From positions 1,920,001 to 1,984,000 of the forward strand of contig CBDFJF010000002.1 in assembly GCA_965248265.1 (NCBI GenBank): DNA of 64,000 nt, written 5' to 3'. Below are positions 9,368-18,131 of the stretch, piece by piece. Below the pieces are notes generated by a model. The model was not told where the DNA came from. It saw only the letters and a program-made list of their open reading frames with translations, and ran no database searches. The position numbers and the translations under genes were made by a program. The DNA comes from Candidatus Latescibacterota bacterium (lineage in GTDB: Bacteria; Latescibacterota; UBA2968; UBA8231). Numbering within the stretch: the first letter of the stretch is position 1; the number at the start of each line of letters is the position of its first letter.

Positions 9368-11545
9368 ATGGACTCAATTCCATTACTCGGTTACACGGAC
9401 AGGCTGTCCGGGCGTCCTGGTCATACCATAGAGTTTAAGGTAAGCAGCTATGCGGATGAGCCCTACCATGCCAGCCTGGTTCGTATTATTTCCGCAGATC
9501 CCAATCCAGCCGGACCGGGTTTAATCGAAGAACACATAGACATTGCATTCGGCGGCATGTTCCCTTCTCGTCCACAGGCCTTTTATCCGGGATCCTACGC
9601 CTCTATCGAGGTCGGGACCATGTTCGAATCCCTCCGTAGTTTCACCATTGTAGCGACCATATGGTCCACCACGCCGGATAAAAGCGTCCAGGGCGTTATC
9701 AGCTGTGGGGATGTATTGAACCTGGGTATAGATGAACGGGGATGCGTGACCGTCACTTGCCAGGGAGCGGTTCAAAGCACCGGTGAAGCGGTTAAAACCC
9801 GCCGCTGGTACCATATTTGGACGACATATGATGTAGCATCTAATAGGTTATCCGTAGGACAGCAGGCGCTCGCCCATCCGTTTGAGAAAACGCAATCCAC
9901 CAGGAAGCTCGATGAGCCGATCCATCTGCAGCAAGTCAGACAGGTTCTAATTGCCGCATTCCATGGTGAACCGGTTCAAAATCATTTCAACGGTAAAATC
10001 GAATCCCCGATGATCTTTGATCGAACCCTGTCTGAAGCCGAGATCACAGATGTAAACGCTCAGAAATCCGATGACTTGCAAGCCCACTGGGATTTTTCTG
10101 CCGGCATCAGTTCCACAAGAATTGAAGACGTTGGACCGCATCACAAACACGGTCGGTTGATCAATATGCCGGCCAGAGCCATGACCGGCTCCACATGGAC
10201 CGGCGAGGAGATGTGCTGGCAACACGCGCCGGAGCAATACGCAGCCATCCATTTTCACGAGGATGATATCTATGACTTCGACTGGGAAACGGATTTCACG
10301 TTTACCATTCCGGACGGTTTAAAACCGGGTGTTTATGCCGCTCGACTTCGTTGTGGATCGTATGAAGACTCTTTACCGTTTTTTGTGTGCCCGCCTAAAG
10401 GAAAACCTACGGCAGATCTCTGCGTCCTGGTCTCAACGTTTACCTATACCATATACGGCAACCATGCGCGTCCCAATTTTGAACCGAGCTGGCTCGACCG
10501 TATTCGAGACTGGAACGCGTATCCCTGGAACCCGGCAGTATACCCGCGTTACGGGTGTTCCACCTATAACCACCATTCCGACGGCAGCGGCATCTGCCAC
10601 GCCTCCCATAAGCGACCGCTGTTCAATCTCAGACCAGGGTATATTACCTTTGGTAACGCAGAAGGCGCATGCTCCGGTTTACGCCATTTTCAGGCGGACA
10701 GCCATTTGATCACCTGGCTTGAAAAAAAGGGTATTGCATACGACATTGTGACCGATCAAGAATTGCATGAGGACGGCATCGATGCCATCAAGGACTACAA
10801 GGCCGTCACCACTGGGTCTCATCCGGAATACCACACCCCGCAAACCCTGGATGCGTTGCAACAATATCGGGAACAGGGCGGGAATTTCCTGTATCTTGGT
10901 GGTAATGGATTCTACTGGCGTATTGCCGTGCATCCGGAACACAACGGTACCCTTGAAATCCGTCGAGGCGAAGGCGGCATCCGGGCCTGGGCCGCAGAAC
11001 CGGGCGAATATTTTCAGGCGTTTGACGGTGCCTATGGTGGTCTGTGGCGAAGAAACAACCGACCCCCTCAAAAACTGGCCGCCGTTGGTTTTTCGGCACA
11101 GGGTAATTTCTATGGTTCCTACTATAGACCCAATCCGGATGCCATGAAAACCCCCGAAACGGCATGGATCTTTGAAGGCATACAGGATGAGAAGCTGGGC
11201 GACTTCGGGTTCAGCGGTAACGGCGCGGCCGGCTTCGAACTCGACCGGGTCGACTATCGCCTCGGTTCTCCCGAAGATGTGCATATTTTGGCCAGCTCCG
11301 AAAACCACCACGAGTCGTTTATCCTGGTGCCCGAAGAACTGCTCACTCATCTCACCACCTGGCCCGGTGAAGAGATCGATGATTTAATCAGAGCGGATAT
11401 GGTGTATCAAAAGTCAGACCATGGCGGACAGTTGTTTGCCACGGGATCTATTACATTTTGTGGGAGTTTGCCTTATAGGGATGGGGATAATAATATCTCG
11501 CGGTTGCTTGGGAATGTGATGGAACGATTTTTGGGGAATAGCTGA
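9368..11545 (+). CDS. N,N-dimethylformamidase large (beta) subunit family protein
   Basis: N-terminal 'GYTDRLSGRPG', LamG-like segment, 'TFTYTIYGN', 'GSHPEYHT', 'YLGGNGFYW', 'AAGFELD'; visibly more AT-rich than its flanks. Confidence 0.85.
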   Translation: MDSIPLLGYTDRLSGRPGHTIEFKVSSYADEPYHASLVRIISADPNPAGPGLIEEHIDIAFGGMFPSRPQAFYPGSYASIEVGTMFESLRSFTIVATIWSTTPDKSVQGVISCGDVLNLGIDERGCVTVTCQGAVQSTGEAVKTRRWYHIWTTYDVASNRLSVGQQALAHPFEKTQSTRKLDEPIHLQQVRQVLIAAFHGEPVQNHFNGKIESPMIFDRTLSEAEITDVNAQKSDDLQAHWDFSAGISSTRIEDVGPHHKHGRLINMPARAMTGSTWTGEEMCWQHAPEQYAAIHFHEDDIYDFDWETDFTFTIPDGLKPGVYAARLRCGSYEDSLPFFVCPPKGKPTADLCVLVSTFTYTIYGNHARPNFEPSWLDRIRDWNAYPWNPAVYPRYGCSTYNHHSDGSGICHASHKRPLFNLRPGYITFGNAEGACSGLRHFQADSHLITWLEKKGIAYDIVTDQELHEDGIDAIKDYKAVTTGSHPEYHTPQTLDALQQYREQGGNFLYLGGNGFYWRIAVHPEHNGTLEIRRGEGGIRAWAAEPGEYFQAFDGAYGGLWRRNNRPPQKLAAVGFSAQGNFYGSYYRPNPDAMKTPETAWIFEGIQDEKLGDFGFSGNGAAGFELDRVDYRLGSPEDVHILASSENHHESFILVPEELLTHLTTWPGEEIDDLIRADMVYQKSDHGGQLFATGSITFCGSLPYRDGDNNISRLLGNVMERFLGNS

Positions 11546-11647
11546 GGTTATGGATGTACCGATTCTGACATGCTTTGCCTTCTTAGACCATGGTATGTTG
11601 TTACTTTCTTTAGCTACTGCTTATCGTGCCTAACCGTCACTCCAGGC

Positions 11648-11684
11648 GCGGCATTTACCGTGCAGTGGGGGCGATTCCGCTTCC
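11648..11684 (+). repeat. Direct repeat copy 3 (3' end of the CRTAC1-like gene)
   Basis: Encodes GSGIAPTAR* on the - strand. Confidence 0.9.
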
Positions 11685-13409
11685 CTCGCGAATCACCAGG
11701 ACCCTGTTGGCGGATAGATCTTCAAAGCTCTCGACCAGCCCGCTCGGCCAGGATACTTCCAGCCGGTCTACCTCGGTACACTCGCCCAGGCCAAAGTGAA
11801 GCCTGGAATCGTTCTGCGATAAATAGCTCGAACCGCTCCGCACCTCGTTGACCTGGGTCACGTTGCCGCACGTGAGTTTCACCCGAGCCCCGATGCCGTC
11901 CCTGTTGCTCTCGGTGCCTTCCGTCCGGACCAGCAGATAGTTGTTTCGATTCCCACCATCGTTGCGCAGCAGCGTCGGGAGATCGTTGAGCTCCAGGACG
12001 AATATGTCGAGGTCGCCGTCCTCATCGTAATCTCCGAAGGCGGCGCCCCTGCTTACCTTCTCGATCCGCAGTCCCCCACCCGAGGTCTGGGATACCTCCT
12101 CGAACTTGCCATCCCCCACATTCTCGAACAGCTGGTTGGTCTGGGCGTAGCGAACACCGAGGTTTGCCCTGTCGATCTGCGGATAGACATGGCCGTTGGC
12201 GACGAAAAGATCCTTGTCGCCGTCGTTGTCGTAGTCGAAGAATTCGGTGCCCCAGGCGAGGAATTGAAAGCTCTCCAACCCCACCCCCGCATCGAACGTG
12301 AGATCGGAGAAAAACTGTCCTCCGTCATTGTGATACAGGGTGTTCGTCTCTTCCCAGAAGTTGGTGACGAGTATATCCGAATATTCGTCGTTGTCGTAGT
12401 CCCCGAAAGCGATGCCCATGCACCCCTGTGACTCGCCGCCCTCGCCGTAGGCCGCGCCCTTCATCCAGGCCACCTCGGTGAAGGTCCCGTCGCCCGAGTT
12501 CTCGTAGAGATAGTTGGGTCCGGTATCGTTGGCCACGTACACGTCCGCATCGCCATCGTTGTCGTAGTCTCCCGCCACGACGCCGAGTCCGTAGAGCAAG
12601 TCGCCATCCACCATACCGGCGGCGGCCGTCGCATCGGAGAAGACGCCGTCACCGTCGTTGCGGTAGAACACGTCCGCCGCTCCCTTCATCCCGTGTGGTC
12701 CGAAGTGGACGGTCAACCCCCGCCACTCGTGCCGCCTGTCGGGAGTCGTTTCCATGAAATGTTCGAAATCGAGGTAGTTAGCCACATACAGATCGAGATC
12801 ACCGTCGCGATCGGAGTCGAAGAAGGCACATCCAGTGCTGAACGGTGCCAATCCGATTACACCAGCGCGCTGGGCAACGTCTGCAAAACTCCCATCTCCC
12901 CGATTCTCGTACAGCGCGTTGCTGCCGTAGTTGGTCACGTAGATGTCGGCATCCCCGTCGTTGTCGTAATCGGCGACGGCGATTCCCATTCCCCAACTGC
13001 TGTCCGCGAGACTCGACTCCTCTGTGGCGTTCGAGAACATCGCGCCCTCGTTTCGGTACAGGGCATTGAGAGGAGGATCGCGGTCAGTAACTCCTCCCAC
13101 TCTCGATCCGTTCAGCACATACAGATCTAAATCCCCGTCCCGGTCGTAGTCGAAGAAGGCCGATCCCCCCATGAAGGCATCGACGACGTACTGCTGTTCG
13201 CCATCACCGGAGACATTCATCGTGGTAACGCCGATCTCTGCTGCGACATCGACAAACTGCACCCCGCCGTCAGGCGATCCGCCGCTCGGCGCCGGTCTGT
13301 CGTCGGCGGCCAACAAGTGGCCGGCGGCCAACAAGTGGCCGCTGAGAAGAGTCGGGATGAGAAGCTGCCTTGAGAATCCTGACCCGCGACCCCGCCGGGG
13401 CCAGCTCAT
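11655..13409 (-). CDS. CRTAC1/ASPIC-UnbV family FG-GAP repeat protein
   Basis: Repeated DYDNDGDxDLYVxN motifs; C-terminal 'GSSYLSQNDSRLHFGLG...VSWPSG'. Confidence 0.92.
   Translation of the reverse strand: MSWPRRGRGSGFSRQLLIPTLLSGHLLAAGHLLAADDRPAPSGGSPDGGVQFVDVAAEIGVTTMNVSGDGEQQYVVDAFMGGSAFFDYDRDGDLDLYVLNGSRVGGVTDRDPPLNALYRNEGAMFSNATEESSLADSSWGMGIAVADYDNDGDADIYVTNYGSNALYENRGDGSFADVAQRAGVIGLAPFSTGCAFFDSDRDGDLDLYVANYLDFEHFMETTPDRRHEWRGLTVHFGPHGMKGAADVFYRNDGDGVFSDATAAAGMVDGDLLYGLGVVAGDYDNDGDADVYVANDTGPNYLYENSGDGTFTEVAWMKGAAYGEGGESQGCMGIAFGDYDNDEYSDILVTNFWEETNTLYHNDGGQFFSDLTFDAGVGLESFQFLAWGTEFFDYDNDGDKDLFVANGHVYPQIDRANLGVRYAQTNQLFENVGDGKFEEVSQTSGGGLRIEKVSRGAAFGDYDEDGDLDIFVLELNDLPTLLRNDGGNRNNYLLVRTEGTESNRDGIGARVKLTCGNVTQVNEVRSGSSYLSQNDSRLHFGLGECTEVDRLEVSWPSGLVESFEDLSANRVLVIREGSGIAPTAR
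13304..13339. repeat. Perfect 18-bp tandem duplication (GHLLAA x2) in the signal peptide
   Basis: cggcggccaacaagtggc twice. Confidence 0.9.
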
Positions 13410-14941
13410 GGATCCCTCTCGTCTGCCAGCTCCAGCCTGCGAGCAATCTCGAACTGCTCGTCCGCCTCCTGATACCTGCCCGTCTTCAGGTAGGCTTCGC
13501 CAAGACGGCGATGGTATTCGGCATTGGCAGGGTCGAGAGCGATGGCGAGCTTGTACTGATTGATGGCGCTGATGTCCCGGCCTTGTCTCGCATACCGCAC
13601 CGCGAGCTGGAAGTGAAATCGCGGATTGTCGGGGACCAGGGCGACGCTGCGTTCGAACTCGGCGATGTTGCCCTCGCGCTGCTCTCGAAATATCTGTATC
13701 TCCCGCTCGCCCTCCGCGCGGTTGCCTTGCTTGAAAAAGGCATTGGCGAGATCGAAATGCGCTTGCCCGTTGAAGTAATCGAGTGCGATCGCCTTCTCAT
13801 ACTCCGCGATCGCCATTTCGGTCCTTCCGGTCCGCGTGTACACGGCGCCCAGCGCGTAGTGGAAGAGCGTGTTGTCCGGTTCACGCTCAATGGCCTGCTT
13901 GTACTGATCGATGGCCTCGATGTACTTCCTGTTTTTGGAATAGATCACGCCGAGGCGATAGCGCGTGTACGCGCGACCGGGATCCACCTTCAGGGTCTTC
14001 CTGTACTGGGCTGCTGCTTCGTCGTAGTTGCGCTGCCGCTCGTAGGCCATACCGAGGTTGTGCTGGAACCAACCGTTGTCAGGGGCCAGCTCAACCGCTG
14101 TGCGGTGTTCCTTCACGGCGACAGCGAGTTTGTCCTGGTCTGTCATTGCTGCCCCCAGCAGCGCGTGTGACTGCTCGGTGTAGACGAGCCCGAGCTTGTC
14201 GTGCACATCGGCACGACCGGGGTCGAGCCGCAGTGTCGCCGCATACGCGTCTGCCGCTTCGCTCAGCCTGCCGATGGCCATGTACGCATTGCCTAGCATA
14301 TTGTGGACGGACGGTTCATTCTCGAGCAGCTGTGCCGCCTGACGCAGCTCTTCTATGGCTTCTGCGTATTTCTGTTGCTGGAGATAGATGGCTCCTAGTC
14401 GGTAGCGAGAGGGACCGTAATCAGGCTTGAGCCGGAGTACGGTCTTGAAGAACTCCGTCGCTTCCGTCGGCTTGCCCTCCTGCGAGTAGATCATGCCGAG
14501 TCCGTGATGAGCGGGGAAGTAGGTCGGCTCGGATGCGATCACTCGTTCATAGGCATCCTTCGCTCTTTCCCGATCCTGGTGGATCGAGTAGATCTTGCCC
14601 AGCTTGTAGAGGGACGGCGCGTAGTCGGGGTCGATCTCCAGCACTCTCTCGAATGCTGCCTCTGCCTCCCCGAATCTCTTGTGCAGAGCATGGATGAAGC
14701 CGAGGCCGTCGAGAGCGCCCACGTGGGTGGAGTCCAACTCGACGACCATCCGGTACTTCTCCTCGGCGCATCCGTAGTCGCCGCTCTGGGCACAGCGCTG
14801 TCCGAGCCGGTAGAGCCGTTCACTCTGTCGAGACGCGGGGCCGTCGGACTCCTGGCTGAGGAGCTTCTGGGTACATGCCAGGAAACAGACAACGAATGCG
14901 GCACCGCCGACGACGATTCCGCGAAGCTCAGTGCTGATCAT
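13406..14941 (-). CDS. Tetratricopeptide repeat protein with N-terminal hydrophobic segment
   Basis: Many 34-aa TPR-like repeats (LG..Y...G...EA...F...L...P); stop overlaps the CRTAC1 start. Confidence 0.9.
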   Translation of the reverse strand: MISTELRGIVVGGAAFVVCFLACTQKLLSQESDGPASRQSERLYRLGQRCAQSGDYGCAEEKYRMVVELDSTHVGALDGLGFIHALHKRFGEAEAAFERVLEIDPDYAPSLYKLGKIYSIHQDRERAKDAYERVIASEPTYFPAHHGLGMIYSQEGKPTEATEFFKTVLRLKPDYGPSRYRLGAIYLQQQKYAEAIEELRQAAQLLENEPSVHNMLGNAYMAIGRLSEAADAYAATLRLDPGRADVHDKLGLVYTEQSHALLGAAMTDQDKLAVAVKEHRTAVELAPDNGWFQHNLGMAYERQRNYDEAAAQYRKTLKVDPGRAYTRYRLGVIYSKNRKYIEAIDQYKQAIEREPDNTLFHYALGAVYTRTGRTEMAIAEYEKAIALDYFNGQAHFDLANAFFKQGNRAEGEREIQIFREQREGNIAEFERSVALVPDNPRFHFQLAVRYARQGRDISAINQYKLAIALDPANAEYHRRLGEAYLKTGRYQEADEQFEIARRLELADERDP

Positions 14942-14946
14942 GTTGC

Positions 14947-14970
14947 GCTGTTATTCTGGCTGTTATTCTG
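14947..14970. repeat. Perfect 12-bp tandem duplication just upstream of the TPR start codon
   Basis: gctgttattctg twice. Confidence 0.85.
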
Positions 14971-15328
14971 ATGGCAGGCTGCTCCCTTGACGCGCGCTCC
15001 GGGGGTGGAGCTGGGGAGCTCTGTTTTGCCCCAATAGGCCACCGCAACGACGCGCGCATCGAGAGCGAGGGCAATTACGACAAGCAGGAGTTTGGAGAAA
15101 ATGATACCATTGAGGCACGGCTGGTTGCGCGAGGGTCGTGACGCTGCTGAACACGTATATGCGTTACATAATGTATGAAGGTATCCAATTGTCGGGGGAG
15201 GAACAAGATTCAGGCGGGATGCGGTTCGACTACCGCTTCTGTGTTGAAATGCCTATTCTCCGCAATGCGCACCGGTGACAGGCACCTTTCAGGTTGATTT
15301 TGTTGGCGTCAAAAGAGTGAGACAAGCG

Positions 15329-17971
15329 ATGAAATGGACATTGGCAGTGGTAGCGTTGTTGATAGCGGGGCGGGCCTGGGCAGAGGGTACGGCGCTTTCA
15401 CCAACGGCACACCGTACGGTTCCGACACAACGTCCGAGCGAGAACATCGCCCTCGGAGCGAGCTACACGATGGAGCCGAGGCCGAATTACGGGCTTTGCA
15501 GCGACCCCGGTGATTCCGAGCAGTTGACGGATGGGGTCTACACGGTGGGCTATTTCTGGGCGCAGCAGTCGACCGTGGGCTACCAGGAAAAGACGCCCTC
15601 GATCGTGACCCTGGACCTGGGTGCGGTGAAACCGATACGAGGGGTGTCCTACCACACGGCAGCGGGATTCGCGGACGTGTGGTTTCCGTCGATGATCCGC
15701 ATCCTCGTTGCCGGTGAAGACAAGGAGTTTCATGAAGTCGGTGACCTGGTGCATTTGAGTGCACGACAACACGGCCCGCTCGCGCCGATGAAGGCGAGCG
15801 ATGCCATGTGGGCCCTTGACGGGATGAGTTTCAATCAGGCCGAGGTCCATCATCATTACAACATGAACCGGGATCGCTACCCGGAGAAGATGACCGCCGA
15901 ACTGCGTCAGCAGATCCTGAGCGATCTCAACGAAGAGCGCTCCGCCAAGTATGGGACGTATCGGTACTGGACAGACCGGTTGCGGACGCACGGGCGCTAT
16001 GTCAGCCTGGTTGTGTGGAACGAGCCTTACACCTTCGTGGACGAGATCGAGGTCTACGCGGGAGAGCTGGAGTGGGTGGATGAGCCGCTGCCGGGACCGT
16101 CCGTCGGGGGCGTGAAGGCGTATGCGGGCCGGCTCGCCATCGAGAAAGGGATTCGGACGCGTTTGGTGCGGGACATCGAGGCTTTGAGAGAAGTGGCGGA
16201 AGAGGCGAGTATCTCGAAGCAGACGCGGAGTGATGTGCTTGGCGAGCTGGCGTCCGTGGAAGGGAACTTGAGGCAGGCCAGTGCGGCGTTCGGGGATGAT
16301 TTCCAGGCTGTGCTGCCGCTCAATTCATGGCATGAACGGGTGTTGCGCACGCAGGCCTGGATCTGGCGCGCCAAGGGTCTAGAGCCGCTCACGTTCTGGC
16401 GCTCGGATCTGTGGGATCCGCTTGCCCTCATCGGCACGCCGGACACGGCGGCGAAACCGGCCGTCGAGGTACATCTGATGCGCAAGGAATATCGCGCGGC
16501 CGCGTTCAATGTCAGCAACAGCAGTGACGAGCCAATGCAGGTGACGTTCCGCTTGAGCGGACTTCCCGGAGGCGACAATCCGGAATATGTGACCGTCCAC
16601 GAGGTACTCTGGACGGACACCCGTTCCGGCGTACCACTAGCGGCAGCCCTCCCCGAAGTTGCTGTCAAGAACGATCTGTATGCAGTCTCCGTGCCCCCGG
16701 GGATGACACGGCAAGTGTGGCTGACGTTCCATCCGGTGGACGTGGAGCCGGGCATGTACGAGGGTGAAGTCGTCGTGGAATCCGGGGGGGGCCAGTGTTT
16801 TCCGTTGCGCATGCACCTGTATCCCCTGGATTTCCCTGAGAAGCCGTCGCTGCACTTTGGCGGCTGGGACTACACGGACCGAATCGGTCATTTCGATTTC
16901 ATAACAGAGCAGAACGTGTTGCCGTTCATCGAGCACCTGCGCGAGCATTTTGTCGACTCGCCATGGGCGCTCAAACTGGCGCTGCCGCGCGGCACGCATG
17001 ACGAGACAGGGGCGATGACGGCGCCACCCTCCACCGACTACTTCGATGCCTGGATCGAATTGTGGCCGGATGCCGCCCAGTACATGGTGTTTGCGAAAGT
17101 GGGCAGGAACTTCCAAACATGGCCCATGGGCACAGCGGAATTCAATACAGCAGTCAAGGCGTGGGTGACCTTCTGGGCGGAGTACGTAAAGTCGAAGGGA
17201 TTGCAGCCGGAGCAGTTCGCACTGCTGCTGGTGGATGAGCCTGACGAGCCGCACCAGGACGAGCGTATTCTGGCGTGGGCGAAGCCGATCCGCGAAGCGG
17301 ACACGGGAGTCCGCATCTGGGAGGATGTCACCCACCTGGACATGGAAGAAGCCGATCAGGAGATGATCGACGCGTGCCACGTGTTGAGTCCGAACTATTC
17401 AGCCTTCCTCAGACAGGGCGAGGATTATCGCAATTACTTCTTGAACAAGCGTGATCAGGGAATCGCCCTGGAGTTCTACGCGGCGTGGACGGGTCGTGTT
17501 TTTGATCCCTACGCGGGCCGGCTCATGGCATGGACGAGCTGGCGCTACGGGGCGGAGGCCATCTACATGTGGTCATTCGGCGACACGGCCGGCGCCTCAT
17601 CTTGGAACGAGTACCTGGCTCTCAAGAGCGCATACGCGCCATTGTTCATCGACAAGGACTCGATCACGGCAGGGAAACACCTCGAGGCGGCACGGGAAGG
17701 GATTGAGGACTATGAATACTTCGCGATGTTGGACCGCGCGATCCAGCAAGCGTCTGGTGAGGGAATGACGGGGCCGGAGGTGGAGGAGGCACGTCGGCTC
17801 TTGGAGAGCCTGCCGGCCAGTGTCTGTGATGCGGCCGGCCACCGCGATGGGCTCGACGACGACCATCCGTTCGGCGGTATGCATTGGCTGAACGAGAACG
17901 TGGACCGCACGCTGGCGGACGAGGCGCGGATTCAGGTGTTGGCGGCGTTGACGAAGCTGGCTGAGCGCTGA
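15329..17971 (+). CDS. Secreted DUF4091/GH123-like protein with N-terminal discoidin/CBM-like domain (paralog 1)
   Basis: Signal MKWTLAVVALL; 'ENIALG...QLTDG...TLDLG...FVDEIEVY'; 'LLVDEP'; 'LEAAREGIEDYEY'. Confidence 0.7.
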   Translation: MKWTLAVVALLIAGRAWAEGTALSPTAHRTVPTQRPSENIALGASYTMEPRPNYGLCSDPGDSEQLTDGVYTVGYFWAQQSTVGYQEKTPSIVTLDLGAVKPIRGVSYHTAAGFADVWFPSMIRILVAGEDKEFHEVGDLVHLSARQHGPLAPMKASDAMWALDGMSFNQAEVHHHYNMNRDRYPEKMTAELRQQILSDLNEERSAKYGTYRYWTDRLRTHGRYVSLVVWNEPYTFVDEIEVYAGELEWVDEPLPGPSVGGVKAYAGRLAIEKGIRTRLVRDIEALREVAEEASISKQTRSDVLGELASVEGNLRQASAAFGDDFQAVLPLNSWHERVLRTQAWIWRAKGLEPLTFWRSDLWDPLALIGTPDTAAKPAVEVHLMRKEYRAAAFNVSNSSDEPMQVTFRLSGLPGGDNPEYVTVHEVLWTDTRSGVPLAAALPEVAVKNDLYAVSVPPGMTRQVWLTFHPVDVEPGMYEGEVVVESGGGQCFPLRMHLYPLDFPEKPSLHFGGWDYTDRIGHFDFITEQNVLPFIEHLREHFVDSPWALKLALPRGTHDETGAMTAPPSTDYFDAWIELWPDAAQYMVFAKVGRNFQTWPMGTAEFNTAVKAWVTFWAEYVKSKGLQPEQFALLLVDEPDEPHQDERILAWAKPIREADTGVRIWEDVTHLDMEEADQEMIDACHVLSPNYSAFLRQGEDYRNYFLNKRDQGIALEFYAAWTGRVFDPYAGRLMAWTSWRYGAEAIYMWSFGDTAGASSWNEYLALKSAYAPLFIDKDSITAGKHLEAAREGIEDYEYFAMLDRAIQQASGEGMTGPEVEEARRLLESLPASVCDAAGHRDGLDDDHPFGGMHWLNENVDRTLADEARIQVLAALTKLAER

Positions 17972-18131
17972 GCTCAGGCGTTTCGTTTTGGTGCGCAGCG
18001 GTCGAGGGCGCACCAAAGCAGGTTATTTGTGATTACCCGCTAGGCAGCAGGAAGTTGCGTGGATCATGCCAAGCCGCACGGATCTGCCAAGCTTTCGTTC
18101 TAGCACATTGGGACTCCTGGAGGGCCAGGCG

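Noticed and set aside
11628-11647. GCCTAAC...CTCCAG resembling an attC left arm next to repeat copy 3
   Set aside because: Spacing is off by one and there is no right arm; may be chance.
15222-15237. GCGGTTCGACTACCGC resembling a tRNA T-arm
   Set aside because: Wrong loop geometry, with no acceptor stem or anticodon arm; only a small hairpin.
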